A stretch of 64,000 nucleotides of DNA, from NCBI GenBank assembly GCA_964016885.1, contig OZ024743.1:216814001-216878000 (forward strand), read 5' to 3'. Under the pieces are notes generated by a model. It ran no database searches, had not been told where the DNA came from, and worked only from the letters and a program-made list of their open reading frames with translations. The stretch is from Eledone cirrhosa. Lineage: Eukaryota. Shown piece after piece: positions 33,384 to 47,226 of the stretch. Both the position numbers and the translations under genes were made by a program. The first letter of the stretch is position 1. Each line of letters opens with the position of its first letter.

Positions 33384-34422
33384 CCTTAATAACCTCATTA
33401 GATGTAAACAATCTACTTTGATTTACCTTACCAATTCTAAAGGCTAGAAGAAGAACAGCTCTTCCAATATGATCGACTATCTCAAATACTTCTAATGTAG
33501 GCATCTCAAAAACCTGCAAAAACAGATTTGACAAATAAAAAGAAAATCCTTTTGTATGATAAACCTGTGCATGCCTGAGTGCACATTACGTTTGACCGCT
33601 AGCAGAGGCATATTATGTAGCTGGAACAATAGATTTGGCCTACTATTTCAACTGACTAAGGAACATGCCACATGCTTTCTATAGGATTGACCTGAGGCTA
33701 ATCAACAACATAACAACTACTACTGTCATCCTCGACATTAAAATCACCATTACTAAATTGCTTACCATGCTGGCTTTGTGCCAAAAGTAGAAACAATTAT
33801 TACCACGACCACCAGATGTCACCTTCAACGTCACCATCTCACTACAATAAAAACAGTAGCATTCATATCACATTCTCACCACTACTTGTACTACTACCAC
33901 TACTACACATTTATCCCCACTTCATCTCCCAGCTCCACCAGTTAAACCTTAACTTCAACAATAACAACAATGACAACTATGTCCCCACCCACCCCAGCCC
34001 ATCTCCCCAAAACCACTCCGACGAATCGATATCAAGAATACTTTAAAATTATAAAGAATTCTTTGCTGCTGCTGCTGCAACAGTAGTAGTAGTAGTAGTA
34101 GTAGTAAGGAGAGGTAGGGGGCGCTGCTACTGCTGCTGCTGGTTGTGGTGGTGGTAAGGATGTAGCGGATAAGTCTCGCTGCGGGTGTATGGCATTGATG
34201 TGATTACTATATATGTGTATGTGTGTTTAAGGGTTTGTTTACGGAACTCTGCAGATTGGGTGGTAGGGCTTGTTAGAGGTTGATGATGGGTGCTTATTAA
34301 TTCTGATCCTTATGATAGTTGATGTTCTCTAGTACAGGAGGTTAGAGTCAACAATAGCGTTAATATTGTTGTAGTGTCTTAAAACATGGTGATGACAGAA
34401 ATACTGCTGAGATTTAAAAAAC

Positions 34423-34604
34423 TAATTGTTTCTACGTTTGGCACAAGGCCAGCAATTTATCCAGTGCATTACTGGTACTTTATTTTATCGACCCCGTAAG
34501 GATGAAAGGCAAAGTTAACCTCGGCGGGATTTGAACTCAGAATGGCAAGAGCCGTACGTCAAAGCATGGCGTCCGACCCTCTACCGATACTGCCAATCCA
34601 CCGT
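34423..34604 (-). mobile_element. tRNA-derived SINE copy
   Basis: Matches the SINE consensus. Confidence 0.87.
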
Positions 34605-35619
34605 CTGATTTAAAAAAAATAATTGTTTCTACTTTTTGTTCCTGCTGTTACTGCTGCTGTTAATGTTTAGCCCAAGGTCAAAAGAATTCCAGTCATAAAC
34701 ATCCTGTCTTTTATTTTCTTATTATGGGAAAGGAATTTAGGACTACATTATCTAATATTTAATTTTCTAAGACTGTGGAATATAATTTTGGCAAGTTTGG
34801 TTCTATTTCTATTGAGTCAAGCAATCACTTACATGTTCTCCTGTTGAAATGTGGTGATGCTGGAACTTAATGAAAGTAGCTGTGATTGGAAATGATGATC
34901 ACATTTTGATACTGTGGTTTAGCTTCAATCCAGTTCTGATAAAGTAGAATTGTGATCAAAATGCATAATAGCCGCAACCACCCCTTGTCTATTGCGCATT
35001 CTCACACTATTTTCACGATTTGCACGATTTGCAAAGTGCCTTTCCTATATATGTGTGTATGTAGGGTTTAATTTGAGAGAGTTTGGTTGTTATTGTTAAA
35101 TTTGCTCAATTTTAGTGACCATTTAAAAGTTCTTATGTTTGGCTCGTAGGTTGCAATATATTTTTTTAACACCAAGTAACTATCTTACAGTCGCGGTCAA
35201 TCCACTCATGATAAAATATAGTCTACATATGTAATGTGTTCATTTTTATAACAGTATGGTATGATTTAAGGGAGATTATGGTCTGTCTAGCAGTCTGTGT
35301 TATTACACAGAGGCGCTGACTCATTGGAAAAAGCTAGTGGGAGTAATGCTGTTGCTGTCTTGCTAGTCATCTCTGGTTGAATTTTGAAGATTTGGCTCTT
35401 ATCTTTACCTCTCAGCGTGGCCACATAGTGATGTCCATCAGGTGATGATTGTAATAACCATGGTAGTGAATATCGCTGTATTGCTACTGTTATTGCTGTT
35501 GTTGTTGTCATCGTCGTCGTTGTTGCAATGATAGATCAGACCAAGTTCGGAAAATGTGGTTGCTCTGTCTAGAATAACGAGAGACTTCGTTGGACTTTCT
35601 AGATTGATACGTCTGTGAA

Positions 35620-35808
35620 ATAATAATTGTTTCTACTTTTGGCACAAGGCCAGCAATTATCCCAGTGTATTACTGGTACTTTATTTTATCGAACCCGTAA
35701 GGATGAAAGGCAAAGTTAACATCGGCAGGATTTGAACTCAGACCATAAAGGGCTGTAACTCTTTGCTGCAAAGGATGGCGTCCGACCCGCTACCGATGCT
35801 GCCAATCC
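35620..35808 (-). mobile_element. tRNA-derived SINE copy
   Basis: Matches the SINE consensus. Confidence 0.87.
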
Positions 35809-35921
35809 GAAATAATAATGATTGTGTAGATGATGTTATTGTTTAACCACAGATTGATGTTGATTGAACAAACATATGAGCAATATTGTTTGAGCCAATA
35901 ATCATCTCACCTTATTTATTT

Positions 35922-35974
<53 letters not shown>

Positions 35975-36008
35975 CACACACACACAGACAGACACACACA
36001 CACAATCA

Positions 36009-36060
<52 letters not shown>

Positions 36061-39000
36061 CGTCTATATATATCCAGGGGGTTCTTTCTTCTTTAAGACG
36101 GCAGACTTCGATTTGAAGAACATTTGACTGCTGATCTTACCGGGTTGAGTAACCATCTACTGATACTCTCCTTTCGCTGTTTGTGATAATATTATTGGAT
36201 GCTGTTGTTTTTTAGTCCGAGATCTGTTATGGTTCAGTAGAACTCTGATCAAATGTTTTCCAGTCCAGATGGTCCCTTGTTATTTGTGATTTTAGGAACA
36301 TCCCGCTGCTATTGCTATTTCTAGCATGTCACGTGACCGGTGTTCATGTCTTAATAGAGAATGCTGTGAAAAGATTGGCCACAATGTTTGATTGTTATCT
36401 TATACATTGATCCAGATAAAATGTAGAATAGGCATTTGAACGCAGAATGCAGGAAGCCGGAACAAAATGACGCTAGTTATTGTGTTAGTTTTAGTGGTGT
36501 TGACGGTGTTAATGGTGGTTAGAGTGTTATCTGTAGTGATATTATTAGTGGTGGTGATAATAGTCATGTTATGTTGGAGGTCGTAGGGCTAGAGAAGATA
36601 TCAGTGATCATGGGTGTGTTAGTTTTAGTATTATTGTTCCTAATGAAGGAGTTGTTTAGTTCTGATCATGTAGCCCAAGGTCAATTATGAACAATGAGAA
36701 ATACGATCAAAGACATCCCGTCTGTGATCAACTTGTCTTTATCCCAAGTGTAGGGAACCCCAGACTACAAAAATAACGTTGAGCTTTTAAGACATGATGT
36801 GTGTAATGAAGAGAATTCTGCAGCAGTTTCTAGCAGTTTGTGCGATTCATTGTCTCATACTTATATTAGTGGTGAAATAGTTTCGTGCTTGTTGCATTAA
36901 TTTGCTCGTAGTTATGCTTGTATAAATATTGTAGAACATAGTGAATGTGGTGGATTGGCAGGATTGGTATTTATTCTGACTCTTTAAATGCTGAGCTAAA
37001 TTCCCTCGAAGGTGAACTTTGCAAAGGAAGTTGATAAACTAAAGTAACAAGGCTGATTAAATCAACTTTGCCATTGCGCTTCAAATTTGCTGGCCATGAT
37101 CCTAAATTAGAAATTTATATTAGTGGGGCTAGGAGGCGAGGGTGGAGAGATATGTAGAATGTTGGCGAGGTTGTGATGTTGATATTAGAGATGCTGATCA
37201 TAGGTGGTAGTGATGATGTGTCACTCTCAAATTTGATCGCAGCTGGCGATTGCCTGCTGTGACGTTAATTATAGTTGTAGTATTAGTAATTGTGGTGGTG
37301 GTAAAGTTAGGAGTGGTAGAACTGGCACTATTAATGACAGTAGTAGGATTAGTGGGATATTCCTAGTTTTGTTTATTGTTGTTTTTGTTGTGGTGGTGGT
37401 GTGGTTAGTGGTCGCTGGTGTGGTGATGTTAGTGATAGTATCTGAGGTGCTGGTGTTGGCACAGGGCGGTGTTCGTAGTGATGGGGCAGTGACAATGCTC
37501 ATGGTCCTGTTGGTATAGGTGCGAGATATTGTGAGGGTAGTGGTGGTATTGGAGGTTGAAATGGTGGAGTAATTTAAGTGCTTCTGATGGTGGTAGTAGT
37601 AGTGGTGGCGCTAATAATCGTAGGTGAGGTAATGTTAATGCATATGGTAGTGATATTTGAAGTGATGGTAATTGTGGCGTTAGGAAGTGTGTTAGTGATG
37701 GTGGTAGTGGTGGTAATTATGATGTTATTAGGCCTGCTAGTGATGGGGCTATTGCTGATTATTATGATGAAAGCGTGGAAATTGTTTAGCTACATGTCGG
37801 CCCTAAACGGGCCAACCGATGATCAAAGTCATTCTGGTTATGACCATCACTAGCTTTTTGTATATCGAAGACAACATTATTCAAGCAGGAGAGAGAGCTA
37901 TGGCTACTATTTCTAGGCTTTCGGTTGACCGCATTGTGGCTCGTTGATCATTATTTGCGTTGTTGAATAAGTTGATAGTAAAAATGATGATGATGATGAC
38001 AATAGAGGAGAGAATGATGTATTGTCTGTTGGGGTTGTGGTGGTGATGATCATGATGATGAGGATGATAATGATGTCACTGGGACGGAGAAAGGATTGTG
38101 CTGATTCTAAAGATAATGAGGATAAAACTGAAAATAAAAATAAAAAGAGAAAATCTAAAGTAAATAATATTTGAAAAAGGACAACAGACAAACAAAGCAA
38201 ATTAAAACTACAACGAGGAAAACAATAAACAATAACAGTAACATAAAAGATAATAGTTCACTGCAGCTGTCGGGTGAAGTTATTATGATGTGAACAACAA
38301 TCTGCGTGTTGTGTGCCCAGGGCTTCACAAACATATTTACATGACACATCACCTCTTCTTGGCATACCTTATCTAACAGCAAAGATGGCTGGTGGCAGTC
38401 GCCTATCCTCCCCATCTCAAATGTTGTGTGTCGTCATAGGCTCCTGTCTTCATTTCATGTGCATGCGCGTGGATTTAGACATGATAGATAGTTGATGATA
38501 AACACACACACACACACACGCGCGCATATATATTAATTTATATAAAAGATAATACATAACTTGTCCTACGGACCGAGTGCTCTAAACCCTTGGATATATA
38601 AATCAAGTTTGGGCTGCAATATATGTATATATATGTATACATACATGTGTATGTATGAATGTATGTATGTATGGAGCTGAGTCCACTGTCGGTTTCACCG
38701 ATGAGACGTCAGTCGCTCAATCAGCTGAACATCCAAACTTTGAATTACATATAAGTGGTTGAGTATTCCAGACATGTGTATATCTAATGTAATATTTAAA
38801 GGCATTATTTGACATAGCTGACGCATGAATTACTGGTACAATTCAACTAATATGCTTCAACAAAGTTTCGTCAACTCACTTTTATTCACAAGGCTTGCGT
38901 CGATAAGAGGTTCTTGGAAAGACACTTACAGTGGGATCGAAATTAGACCTCATGATTACGAAGCAAAATTCTTAACCACGCAAACAAGCCTTTGTCCGGA

Positions 39001-39603
39001 CCCTATAGTATATTATTGTATGCAAAGCATCTCTAATATATTTAATCGAAGTAACTGCGCCAAATACTCAAGCCAGTGTACAAAATAGTAGCTTTAAATA
39101 CAATTTCTCAATTGAGGTACCGCTCAGACTAGGGGGTAATGACTGGTCCACACCCTCACTTTATTTCGCGCTTGACATTCCTTTCTCTTTCTTCTTTCCA
39201 TTTTCATATCTCTTTTTTTCCTTTTCTGTCTCCTATTGTAATGTGCTTTGTTTTTATTAATAACTGCAGAATTATTTTTATATAATATCAATGGTCTTTC
39301 ATTACATTCTCAGATTGTATATATTCAATAAATAATGTCGAAGAAAAATATTCATACGTACAACCGGGACATCGTAACCATTGCTAAAAAACACATTTCA
39401 CAATGATTAGTTAAAACGGGATTAAGTGGTTGTTTATAAGAAGTTAATGTTTACAACTATAGTTCAGCTAATACCTCTTTTTTTCTAATTACGGTGACGT
39501 TATTTAATGTAAGTCTAACTATTATTGTATTTAATTTTAATGGGTTTACACTTGGAGCAATGTCTAAAATATGTGACTCTCTTGTATAGTTTACTATACG
39601 TTC

Positions 39604-39671
<68 letters not shown>

Positions 39672-39678
<7 letters not shown>

Positions 39679-39827
39679 CGAAATATAAGTCAATTGCATG
39701 AACTCATAATCCTTTATGTACTGCTATATATATTTCGATGATAGCCATTCAATGGCTATCATCGAAATATATATAGCAGTAAATAAAGGATTATGAGTTC
39801 ATGCAATTGACTTATGTTTCGTCACTA
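39672..39827. repeat. Near-perfect palindrome with ~78-bp arms and essentially no spacer
   Basis: atagtgacgaaatataagtcaattgcatg...gatagccatt|c|aatggctatc...catgcaattgacttatgtttcgtcactat. Confidence 0.92.
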
Positions 39828-39911
39828 TTATAACTCCGGAACTTATATCTTCGTTGAGTGCTCCCTATCCGGATACTGAAGTACTGGATTTTACCAACAC
39901 TTCCTTTCTTG

Positions 39912-39982
<71 letters not shown>

Positions 39983-39988
<6 letters not shown>

Positions 39989-40770
39989 ATACTTTGGGAG
40001 GGTCATGTTGCCAATAAGAAACACACGCACCAGTTGCTTTCACTTCAATTTAATTTAATATATATTTATAAATTTACAAATTTATAAATTTCTGGTTGGT
40101 TGGTTGGTTCCACAACCAGATAGTTGTTTATATATATATAGTCATAGTTCTTTCGTCACACACTCTGTGACCTCTTCAGTGACTGGGGATTTCTTTCTTC
40201 GTTTCTGTGCCTTTCCTTTCTTCTATCCTACGCCATTTTGTTTGTGTGTGGGTTGCGTGCTCAGTTTGCGCATGCGCCACATCCGGGTGTCTGTGTGTGT
40301 TTGTGTTCATTTTTCTATTTTTCTATTTATATTTGTTTGTTTATTTATTTATTTATTGTTGGTTGGTTGTTTGTTCTATGTGTGTGTGTGTTTTCATTTT
40401 GTCTTGTGTGTGTTTTCATTTTGTGTGTGTTTTCAATTGTAAGTTGTTTATATATGTGTGTGTGTGTTTTCATTTTGTCCTTAATTGTAAGTTGTGATGT
40501 TGCTGTTCCACTCATATTTTCTATTTAATTTTGGTTTTAATTCTTTTATGCTTACTGCCTCTGTAATTTGCCTAAACATTGCGTCTTTCTTGTGTGTGGA
40601 TTCTATTTTTATTTCTATGCTCTCTAATTTACCCCTGTGTTCTATCTTAGCATGTTGGTAGAGCACAGATGATTCTTTACTATCTTGGAGGTCTCGCCAG
40701 TGTTCATTTATTCGTTCCCCTATACTACGAGCTGTCTCACCTATGTACACTATATTTTTGTTTCTACATT
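39983..40770 (-). mobile_element. 5'-truncated Penelope-like element (GIY-YIG C-terminus, 3' UTR, HHR at 40140-40184); left arm of a head-to-head inverted pair
   Basis: ORF 40481-40750 YIGETARSIGERINEH...HAKIEH...RQITEAVSIKELKPKLNRKYEW matches the PLE GIY-YIG endonuclease pattern. Confidence 0.9.
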
Positions 40771-40814
40771 AGTACATCTTAGCATAAGTACATTTTTGTT
40801 TCTACATTAGTACA

Positions 40815-41700
40815 TCTTAGCATAAGATGTACTGAGGGACAATGTAGAAACAAAAATATAAAAAAAAATATAGTGTACATAGGTGAGACAGCTCGTAGTA
40901 TAGGGGAACGAATAAATGAACACTGGCGAGACCTCCAAGATAGTAAAGAATCATCTGTGCTCTACCAACATGCTAAGATAGAACACAGGGGTAAATTAGA
41001 GAGCATAGAAATAAAAATAGAATCCACACACAAGAAAGACGCAATGTTTAGGCAAATTACAGAGGCAGTAAGCATAAAAGAATTAAAACCAAAATTAAAT
41101 AGAAAATATGAGTGGAACAGCAACATCACAACTTACAATTAAGGACAAAATGAAAACACACACACACATATATAAACAACTTACAATTGAAAACACACAC
41201 AAAATGAAAACACACACAAGACAAAATGAAAACACACACACACATAGAACAAACAACCAACCAACAATAAATAAATAAATAAACAAACAAATATAAATAG
41301 AAAAATAGAAAAATGAACACAAACACACACAGACACCCGGATGTGGCGCATGCGCAAACTGAGCACGCAACCCACACACAAACAAAATGGCGTAGGATAG
41401 AAGAAAGGAAAGGCACAGAAACGAAGAAAGAAATCCCCAGTCACTGAAGAGGTCACAGAGTGTGTGACGAAAGAACTATGACTATATATATATAAACAAC
41501 TATCTGGTTGTGGAACCAACCAACCAACCAGAAATTTATAAATTTGTAAATTTATAAATATATATTAAATTAAATTGAAGTGAAAGCAACTGGTGCGTGT
41601 GTTTCTTATTGGCAACATGACCCTCCCAAAGTATAACAATATCGGTTTCAACACACGATTTCAGATAAAGAATCTTGCTAAACAAATTCAGAAACGAAAT
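40815..41700 (+). mobile_element. 5'-truncated Penelope-like element (GIY-YIG C-terminus, 3' UTR, HHR); right arm of the inverted pair
   Basis: ORF 40873-41142 encodes the same peptide as the left arm; the element ends gaaacgaaat|atatat. Confidence 0.9.
41439..41483 (+). ncRNA. Minimal type I hammerhead motif in the PLE 3' end (also 40140-40184 on - and 46297-46341 on +)
   Basis: AGUCA-CUGAAGA-G-GUCAC AGAGUGU GUGAC-GAAA-GAAC-UA-UGACU. Confidence 0.8.
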
Positions 41701-43641
41701 ATATATATATATATATATATTAAATGTGTGCATCTATGTAGATGAACACACAGACATACATGTATAGTGCTGGACCTCCTTGCGTTCCGACAACGAGTAT
41801 TTCTGTCATTGGAAGAAAATGACATTAACGTGCAATTGACTGAAAATTCCACACAACTCATGTAGTTCTTAGGGATAGTAATCATGTCTAAGGTTGGCTG
41901 TTTGTATTGCATTTCTGCTAGCTGAATGGACGGCAGCAAATTAAAATAAAATGTCTGGTTCAAGAACACAACACACCACTGGGAATCTGAACCGAACACG
42001 TTCACCATAAATCCACGTGTCTTTACACAAGCATACATACAGACACGCACACATATATATGTATATAATATATATACATATTCCTATATGTGAGTGTGTG
42101 TGTTTAAACTGGGTAAAAACTGACAACAAAAATTAGTCAGATAGGTATAAAACAACTGCCATCAATACCGATTCTCCCAACATGCTTCTACCAGTGAAGT
42201 ACCCATGAAACCTTAATGAAGACCTCATTATCAGGAAGCTGTAAAATGTGATTATACTGCGCGGGTTTATTTATATACACCACACATAGTCGATACAGTG
42301 CAAGGAAAGGCGGGAATATGCAATAAACGTTTACGACTTTTACAAAACTCGAACAAATTGTTTTTGCATGATTGAATAATAATTCATGGTACTATTTAAG
42401 TAGTACATATTCCTTTATTCACAATAATTAATCAATGAAAAAGAGCAATTATGGTTATGTAAGAGAATTAGTACTTTGAAAGATTGATGAGAATTATTAT
42501 TTCATTCAAAAGGCAGTAACATGAGTGCTCAATGAAAATGAAACTTTTCAAGTTTCATGCGATTTATTAGCCCAGAGAAATACTTAAAACTATTGTCATT
42601 TTACATGGCAATGATATGTCGAACGTCCTCCTCCAGTATTGTGGTAATATGTTTCAACCAGGCAAATATACACCATTGTGTTACGAATGTTCCATTAACA
42701 GTGCTGTAAAAGGTCCAGAATCTATGTGAGGTTGTTTTAACACAGCAACATTAATAGTAGTTGTTCAAGAAAAACTGAAAACATCCAATACATTCTTGCG
42801 TACCGTTTACAAATCAGAAAATCTAACACGATTCGTCAAATTACAACGAAGCAAAACCCTGCGAAATGAGCTCTGGTATAAAAGTGTATAACAATTTCGC
42901 AGTGGTATTGAGAATTATTCTATTATGCAAAACAAATCTTAAAGGGACAATTATGTTGAAGGAAATTATGACAAAGAGTAGAAAATATAATACAGATCTG
43001 TAGAGGAATAAAAAAAGAATCAGCTACAGTAAGATTATTGATATAATGTAAGAAGATAATAATTAACCGAAGTAGTAATAGATAAATTACAGGGTTCTTA
43101 TTACTATAAGGTTATACGATAATTTTAATTTTGGTGAAAAGAACAATGATATTGATTTTTGTATATTAGAAGAGTTAATATGAGTAGGCAGAGAGGAAAA
43201 AAATGTTATAGATCAGAATCGATGTTTTTGATAATAACGTAGAGAAGTAACGTGAGTGTTAGAAAGGTATCAATTTGTAATAACATGGTATATTATCGAA
43301 AATTGATTTAATTTTAGAAGCAATTATATGGTTCTGCGTTTTAAAATATAGATTCTAATTGTAAGTGGGTGTTTCTGAAAGGGAATGTGAAGTTCTATAG
43401 CAATGGTGTGTGTGACTTGCATTAAAATTGTGCGGCCCCTATAGATGAGTGCATATGTAATGTAACAATCCATAGATGGAGGTTAGATATGGGATTCAAA
43501 ATGGTGGATGTTAAGGTTATAGTAATTTTAGTTGTAATTTAATTATAATCACATGTACGTGATATATAACTTAATGTGATTTGGAAGTATTGCACCTGAT
43601 TATGAATAAAATGAATCTTCGATTTCCTTTTCTTAACAAAG

Positions 43642-43727
<86 letters not shown>

Positions 43728-44233
43728 GTAATGATAATAATAATAAATAAATCCAACGGTTCGGATGGAATTTACAACATACATATAAGAAGCAAAAGAA
43801 TTCAGAAGCAAATATCCTGAGGGAGAATTATCAGAATATCACAATATTAAATGGATAATTTGAGTGAATTCCGGTGTTAAATGAACCATCAAATTAATGG
43901 AACTCTAGATATAAAAATAAAAAAATATATATAACAGCGAAGTACTACGATTCGATTATAGTGCAGGGAAAACTTTCTTTCCGTTTAAACAGGATAAATG
44001 TAGGAATCTACTTCTACATAGTGGAAACTTATTTAAATGAACATTTCTAACTATCTTTACATTATGCGTTATTTGAAGAAATGAACATATGAGTAATAAA
44101 AATGTAAATTCCGTCTAAACTTTTGGATTTATTATTCTTTATTGTATATGCAGTGTGACCTTAAACTTGGACAATGGTTTGGACTAATTTACCCATGAAT
44201 TACACATTGAGCGACTCGGTCCAACACATTTCC

Positions 44234-44299
<66 letters not shown>

Positions 44300-44340
44300 A
44301 TATATATATATATACACATGTATGTATATATATTTATATA

Positions 44341-44390
<50 letters not shown>

Positions 44391-44431
44391 TATATAAATA
44401 TATATACATACATGTGTATATATATATATAT

Positions 44432-44467
<36 letters not shown>

Positions 44468-44508
44468 ATATATATATATATACACATGTATGTATATATA
44501 TTTATATA

Positions 44509-44567
<59 letters not shown>

Positions 44568-44821
44568 TATATACATGTATGTATATATATTTATATATGT
44601 ATATATATACATGTATGTATATATATTTATATATGTATATATATATATATACATGTATGTATATATATTTATATATGTATATATATATATAATATATATA
44701 TATATATTTATATATGTATATATATATATAATATATATATATATATTTATATATGTATATATATATATACATGTATGCATATATATTTATATATGTATAT
44801 TATATATATATATATATATAT

Positions 44822-44864
<43 letters not shown>

Positions 44865-44868
44865 TATT

Positions 44869-44931
<63 letters not shown>

Positions 44932-45111
44932 TTATATATATAGAGAGAGATCTTCAAAACAACAAACAGTGGAGGACGCGTTTCGCACCTGTCCGACAGA
45001 CAACATTTACCCCCCCCCCCCCAATTGATCGATGTGAATCCGAAATATATAGGGTCTCTTAAATCTCTCCCAAGGTAACTCTCTCTTGTGTTGTTATTTT
45101 ATTTTATCCAT

Positions 45112-45299
45112 GGCGGTGGATTGGCAGTATCGGTAGAGGGTCGGACGCCATGCTTTCCAGCATAGTTACGTCCCTTTACGATCTGAGTTCAAATCCCGCC
45201 GAGGTTGACTTTGCCTTTCATCCTTACGGGGTCGATAAAATAAAGTACCAGTAATGCACTGGGTAATTGCTGGCCTTGTGCCAAAAGTAGAAACAGTTA
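45112..45299 (+). mobile_element. tRNA-derived SINE, near full length
   Basis: Matches the SINE consensus, with A-box and B-box. Confidence 0.88.
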
Positions 45300-45464
45300 T
45301 TTTATTTTATCCTTTATACTCTTCCCTTCTTTCTTCTACAGATTTACACATCTTTACAGACCACGCATCTCAACGTACACCCACTTACATCTCTCTCTCC
45401 ACCACCGGATCTTGTTACCAGGAGATTTACCCATTTGCATTGTCGAGGCTTCCAAACGACTTAA

Positions 45465-45516
<52 letters not shown>

Positions 45517-45569
45517 TATATATATCTTTAAGTCGTTTGGAAGCCTCGACATATATATAATATATTATT

Positions 45570-46504
45570 AGCAAGATATACCCGTTCCAAAGACCCTCAT
45601 GTATAGATAAGAAATGTATAACCTGTAAAATAAGCCCCCATATTAACTGTAAAACTAGAAATGTAGTGTATGGCATAAGATGTACAGAAGGACAATGTAG
45701 AAACAAAAATATAGTGTACATAGGTGAGACAGCTCGTAGTATAGGGGAACGAATAAATGAACACTGGCGAGACCTCCAATATAATAAAGAATCATCTGTG
45801 CTCTACCAACATGCTAAGATAGAACACAGGGGTAGACTAGAGAACATAGAAATAAAAATAGAATCCACACACAGAAAAGACGCAATGTTTAGACAAATTA
45901 CAGAGGCAGTAAGCATAAAAGAATTAAAACCAAAATTAAAAATTAAATAGAAAATATGAGTGGAACAGCAACATCACAACTTACAATTAAGGACAAAATG
46001 AAAACACACACAGGACAAAATGAAAACAGACAAAAACACACACACACATAGAACAAACAACCTACAATTAAGGACAAAATGAAAACACACACAGGACAAA
46101 ATGAAAACACACACACACATAGAACAAACAACCAACCAACAATAAATATATAAATAAATAAACAAATAGATAAATGAACACAAACAGACACCCGGATGTG
46201 GCGCATGCGCAAACTGAGCACACAACACACACACAGAAACAAAATTGCGTAGGATAGAAGAAAGGAAAAGCACAGAAACAAAGGAAAGGAATCCCCAGTC
46301 ACTGAAGAGGTCACAGAGTGTGTGACGAAAGGACTATGACTATATATAAACAACTATCTGGTTGTGGAACCAACCAACCAACCAGAAATTTATAAATTTA
46401 TAAGTTTGTAAATTTGTAAATTTAGAAATATATAATAAATTGAAGTGAAAGCAACTGGTGCGTGTGTTTCTTATTGGCAACATGACCCTCCCAAAGTATA
46501 ACAA
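45570..46504 (+). mobile_element. 5'-truncated PLE (same family as 40-41.7 kb): Cys-rich linker, GIY-YIG, 3' UTR and HHR, in (TA)n
   Basis: PFQRPSCIDKKCITC...CKTRNVVYGIRC...YIGETARSIGERINEH. Frameshifting insertion near 45940. Ends gtataacaat|atat. Confidence 0.9.
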
Positions 46505-46548
46505 TATATATATGTATATATAAATATATGTATTATATATATATATAC

Positions 46549-46591
<43 letters not shown>

Positions 46592-46653
46592 TATATATAT
46601 GTATTATATATATATATATATATTATATATATATATATATATATATTATGTAT

Positions 46654-46685
<32 letters not shown>

Positions 46686-46762
46686 ATATAATATATATAT
46701 ATATTATATATATATATATATGTATATATATATAATATATATATATATATATGTATTATATA

Positions 46763-46794
<32 letters not shown>

Positions 46795-46798
46795 GTAT

Positions 46799-46832
<34 letters not shown>

Positions 46833-46950
46833 ATATGTATATATATATATAATATATATATATTATATATATATATATGTATATATATATATAATATATA
46901 TATATTATATATATATATATATTATATATATATATATAATATATATATAT

Positions 46951-46984
<34 letters not shown>

Positions 46985-46992
46985 ATTATATA

Positions 46993-47048
<56 letters not shown>

Positions 47049-47055
47049 ATATATG

Positions 47056-47089
<34 letters not shown>

Positions 47090-47161
47090 TATAATATTTT
47101 ATATATATATATAATATAATATATATATATATATATATATTAATATATATATATATATAAT

Positions 47162-47223
<62 letters not shown>

Positions 47224-47226
<3 letters not shown>

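Noticed and set aside
37269-38415. Hydrophobic or Thr-rich ORFs
   Set aside because: They derive from degenerate GGT/GAT/AAC trinucleotide low-complexity sequence.
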